From Dehalococcoidia bacterium (GTDB lineage: Bacteria > Chloroflexota > Dehalococcoidia > Lucifugimonadales > VXLM01), in the NCBI GenBank assembly GCA_963662435.1, contig OY759598.1, positions 496,001 through 560,000 of the forward strand: DNA of 64,000 nucleotides. The letters run 5' to 3'. Position numbers and translations under genes: made by a program. The notes below the pieces were generated by a model that did not search any database, was not told the origin of the DNA, and saw only the letters and a list, made by a program, of their open reading frames with translations. Below, in pieces: positions 62,015 through 64,000 of the stretch. Every line of letters begins with the position of its first letter. Within the stretch, counting starts at the first letter, position 1.

Positions 62015-62296
62015 ATGTCTAATGGTAGTGGGTTGCCGGCTGCCACTCGAACGATCAAGGCCTCCGAGTTCAAAGCAAAGTGCCTAAAGCTCATGGACGA
62101 AGTGGCGGAAAGCGGCGAAGAGATCGTCATAACCAAACACGGACGGCCTGTCTCGAAGCTTACGCCTTTCAGGGAAAAGCCTAAGAGCTTATTCGGCAGA
62201 GGCAAAGGCATGATCGAGATTCATGGGAACATCGTGGAACCGATGCCGGCGGAGTGGTTTGAGGATGCCGACAATTCTGCCGAGAACCTGTTTTGA
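62015..62296 (+). CDS. Phd/YefM antitoxin
   Basis: 'IKASEFKAKCLKLMDEV...IVITKHGRPVSKL'. Confidence 0.9.
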   Translation: MSNGSGLPAATRTIKASEFKAKCLKLMDEVAESGEEIVITKHGRPVSKLTPFREKPKSLFGRGKGMIEIHGNIVEPMPAEWFEDADNSAENLF

Positions 62297-62691
62297 TTCT
62301 GCTCGACACTCACGTCGTCTTGTGGCAGGAACTGGACGACCGAAGACTGGGGCCGCAGACTCGGCGCACCATTGAAAAGGCCCTGCAGGAAAGCACGGCG
62401 TCGGTCTCGGCCATATCCTTCTGGGAAGTCGGAATGCGAGCGCAGAAGGGCCAGATAGACTTAGGATTCGATTTACACGTTTGGCGACACAACCTGCTTG
62501 AGGGAGGACTTGCCGAACTTGCGGTTGACGGTGACATTGCGGCCAGAGCCGGTCTGCTGTCGGACATGCACGGAGACCCGGCGGACCGGATAATAGTTGC
62601 AACCGCCCTAGTGGGGCACCAATTGGTAACGGCCGACCGGCGAATATTGAAATGGCCGGGACACCTGAGCAGGTTGGATGCCACCGAGTAG
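62293..62691 (+). CDS. vapC: PIN-domain VapC toxin
   Basis: 'LLDTH', 'SFWE', 'HGDPADR', 'TAD'. Confidence 0.9.
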   Translation: MILLDTHVVLWQELDDRRLGPQTRRTIEKALQESTASVSAISFWEVGMRAQKGQIDLGFDLHVWRHNLLEGGLAELAVDGDIAARAGLLSDMHGDPADRIIVATALVGHQLVTADRRILKWPGHLSRLDATE

Positions 62692-62753
62692 AGACTGACG
62701 ACCACAAGAGTCGCCCCCGGTTCTCCACCTGCCCTCCTGGGGCGGGCGTTTCC

Positions 62754-63728
62754 CTAATACCCCAACGTCTTGTCGCAGACGTACAGGAACGGCTCGCCTG
62801 CCAGGTATCGGCGCATGTTCTCCTTGAAGACGTTGCGGCGTCCTATGTAGAGGCCGGGTGTGAAGGCCGAGGCGTGAGGTGACAGAACAACGTTCGGGTT
62901 GTCCCAAAGTGGGTTTTCGGGGACAGGCGGCTCAGGGTCGAATGCATCGACTCCGGCGCCGGCAAGGTGACCTGACTCTATGGCCTCTCCTAGGGCGAAT
63001 TCGTCGACTATTCCGCCTCGGGATATGATGATCATATGGGAGCCTGGCTTCATCTTCTGAAGCTGCTCCTTGCCAATCATGCTTCGCGTTTCCTCGGTGA
63101 TCGGCGCGGTCACGACAAGCCAGTCTGAGATTGCAAGGAGATCGTCCAGCCTGTCGAGACTCCATACCTCCTTGGCGTATTCGGAGGGTCGTGGAAACTT
63201 GTCAACGGCGTAGACGTCCATGCTGAAGCCCTGCGCGCGCTTTGCGACCGCCCGTCCGATATTGCCCATTGCCAGGATGCCAAGTGTGGAGCCTTCGAGG
63301 TCCAGCTGCTTCCAGCCATAGTCGTACATGCGCCAGTTCTTCGCCTTCTGGTCGTCCCACATCCAGTGGAGCTTGTGGGCCAGTACGATGATAAAGCCAA
63401 ATACGTGGTCGGCCATAGGGGCGACGTGCGGCTCGCGGGCGTTCGTGATCGGTATGTCGCTCGCGACCAACTCCGGTATCGCCATGTGCTGATCGATGCC
63501 GGTACCGGGACAGTGAATCCACTTGAGGTCCTTGCCAGCGAGAAAAACGTCTCTCGACGGCCAGCCGTAATACACCTCTGCATCGACGACCTCTCGGATC
63601 TGGTCTGCCTCTCCTGAGACTTCGACGAATTGTACGTCCGGGAATGTGGCCTGCATCTCCTTGAAAAACACGTCCGGCGCTTCCCCTGGTCCAACTCCCG
63701 ACGGCATGGGTTCCATAACGACTTTCAT
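62754..63728 (-). CDS. D-2-hydroxyacid dehydrogenase
   Basis: 'MGNIG', 'ISRG', 'DAFDPEP', 'SPH'. Confidence 0.88.
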   Translation of the reverse strand: MKVVMEPMPSGVGPGEAPDVFFKEMQATFPDVQFVEVSGEADQIREVVDAEVYYGWPSRDVFLAGKDLKWIHCPGTGIDQHMAIPELVASDIPITNAREPHVAPMADHVFGFIIVLAHKLHWMWDDQKAKNWRMYDYGWKQLDLEGSTLGILAMGNIGRAVAKRAQGFSMDVYAVDKFPRPSEYAKEVWSLDRLDDLLAISDWLVVTAPITEETRSMIGKEQLQKMKPGSHMIIISRGGIVDEFALGEAIESGHLAGAGVDAFDPEPPVPENPLWDNPNVVLSPHASAFTPGLYIGRRNVFKENMRRYLAGEPFLYVCDKTLGY

Positions 63729-63857
63729 CTAATCGATGCTCCTCCGGTGATGTGGCGTGAGTGTACCACGTGGAAGCGTTTAGTTGGTCTCACTACAGAG
63801 GGCGCGGAGATCACAGGGGATGGGAGAAGATGGCGGAGGAACGGAAGGAGTGGGAGG

Positions 63858-64000
63858 TTAGGTGACCAGGGTGTCGGTGGAGGGTCGGGCTTGGCCTAGC
63901 TCTTCCAGCGCCAAGTTCACTTCGTTCCTCACTTCGTCGTTTGATTCAGTGTAAAGGGCGGCGAGCAGTGCGTTCTCGGCCTCAGAGCCTCCAATCCTGC
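63858..64000 (-). CDS. 3' end of a HEAT-like-repeat protein (possibly the QueG C-terminus), partial
   Basis: 'RIGGSEAENALLAAL...DEVRNEVNLALEEL' to TAA; runs off the window. Confidence 0.45.
   Translation of the reverse strand, partial: RIGGSEAENALLAALYTESNDEVRNEVNLALEELGQARPSTDTLVT

Noticed and set aside
1..64000. CRISPR array, cas genes, rRNA, reverse transcriptase, phage structural genes
   Set aside because: No regular repeat-spacer pattern or diagnostic motifs seen

Overview
GC-rich bacterial chromosome segment; gene style suggests Chloroflexota/Dehalococcoidia (SAR202-like), which is inference only. 1-21.6 kb: catabolic enzymes (aldolase, tartrate-DH-like enzyme, amidase, AKR, enolase-superfamily enzyme, FGE, racemase, FAD oxidoreductase, GH32 with three paralogous GHL10-like TIM barrels, two tandem M20 amidohydrolases). 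22.5-30 kb: housekeeping genes (pepN, ECH, gmk, aroA, degenerate tyrA, S2P, atypical HesB). 30.3-32.4 kb: a complete cargo-carrying IS1595 element (23-bp TIRs, 8-bp TSD). Then a CARDB/zincin surface protein, a TPP-riboswitch thiG-thiE-thiS operon, a triple-Cache lipoprotein, a BacNav-like channel with a CavMr-type TLEGW filter, an S9 peptidase, tRNA-His and tRNA-Arg(UCG). Main result: a ~15.3-kb integrative mobilizable element (42296-57571) inserted at the 3' end of tRNA-Arg by a large serine recombinase whose ORF runs through the att site, so excision would swap its C-terminal tail. It carries a Replic_Relax-type relaxase, a VirD4-like coupling protein, phased repeats, a standalone PLD-nuclease/ATPase fusion (candidate defence gene) and two related 4-Cys secreted proteins. 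The right end holds a two-subunit flavoenzyme, a homocysteine methyltransferase, a Phd-VapC pair and a 2-hydroxyacid dehydrogenase. All calls come from reading motifs by eye; no searches were run.
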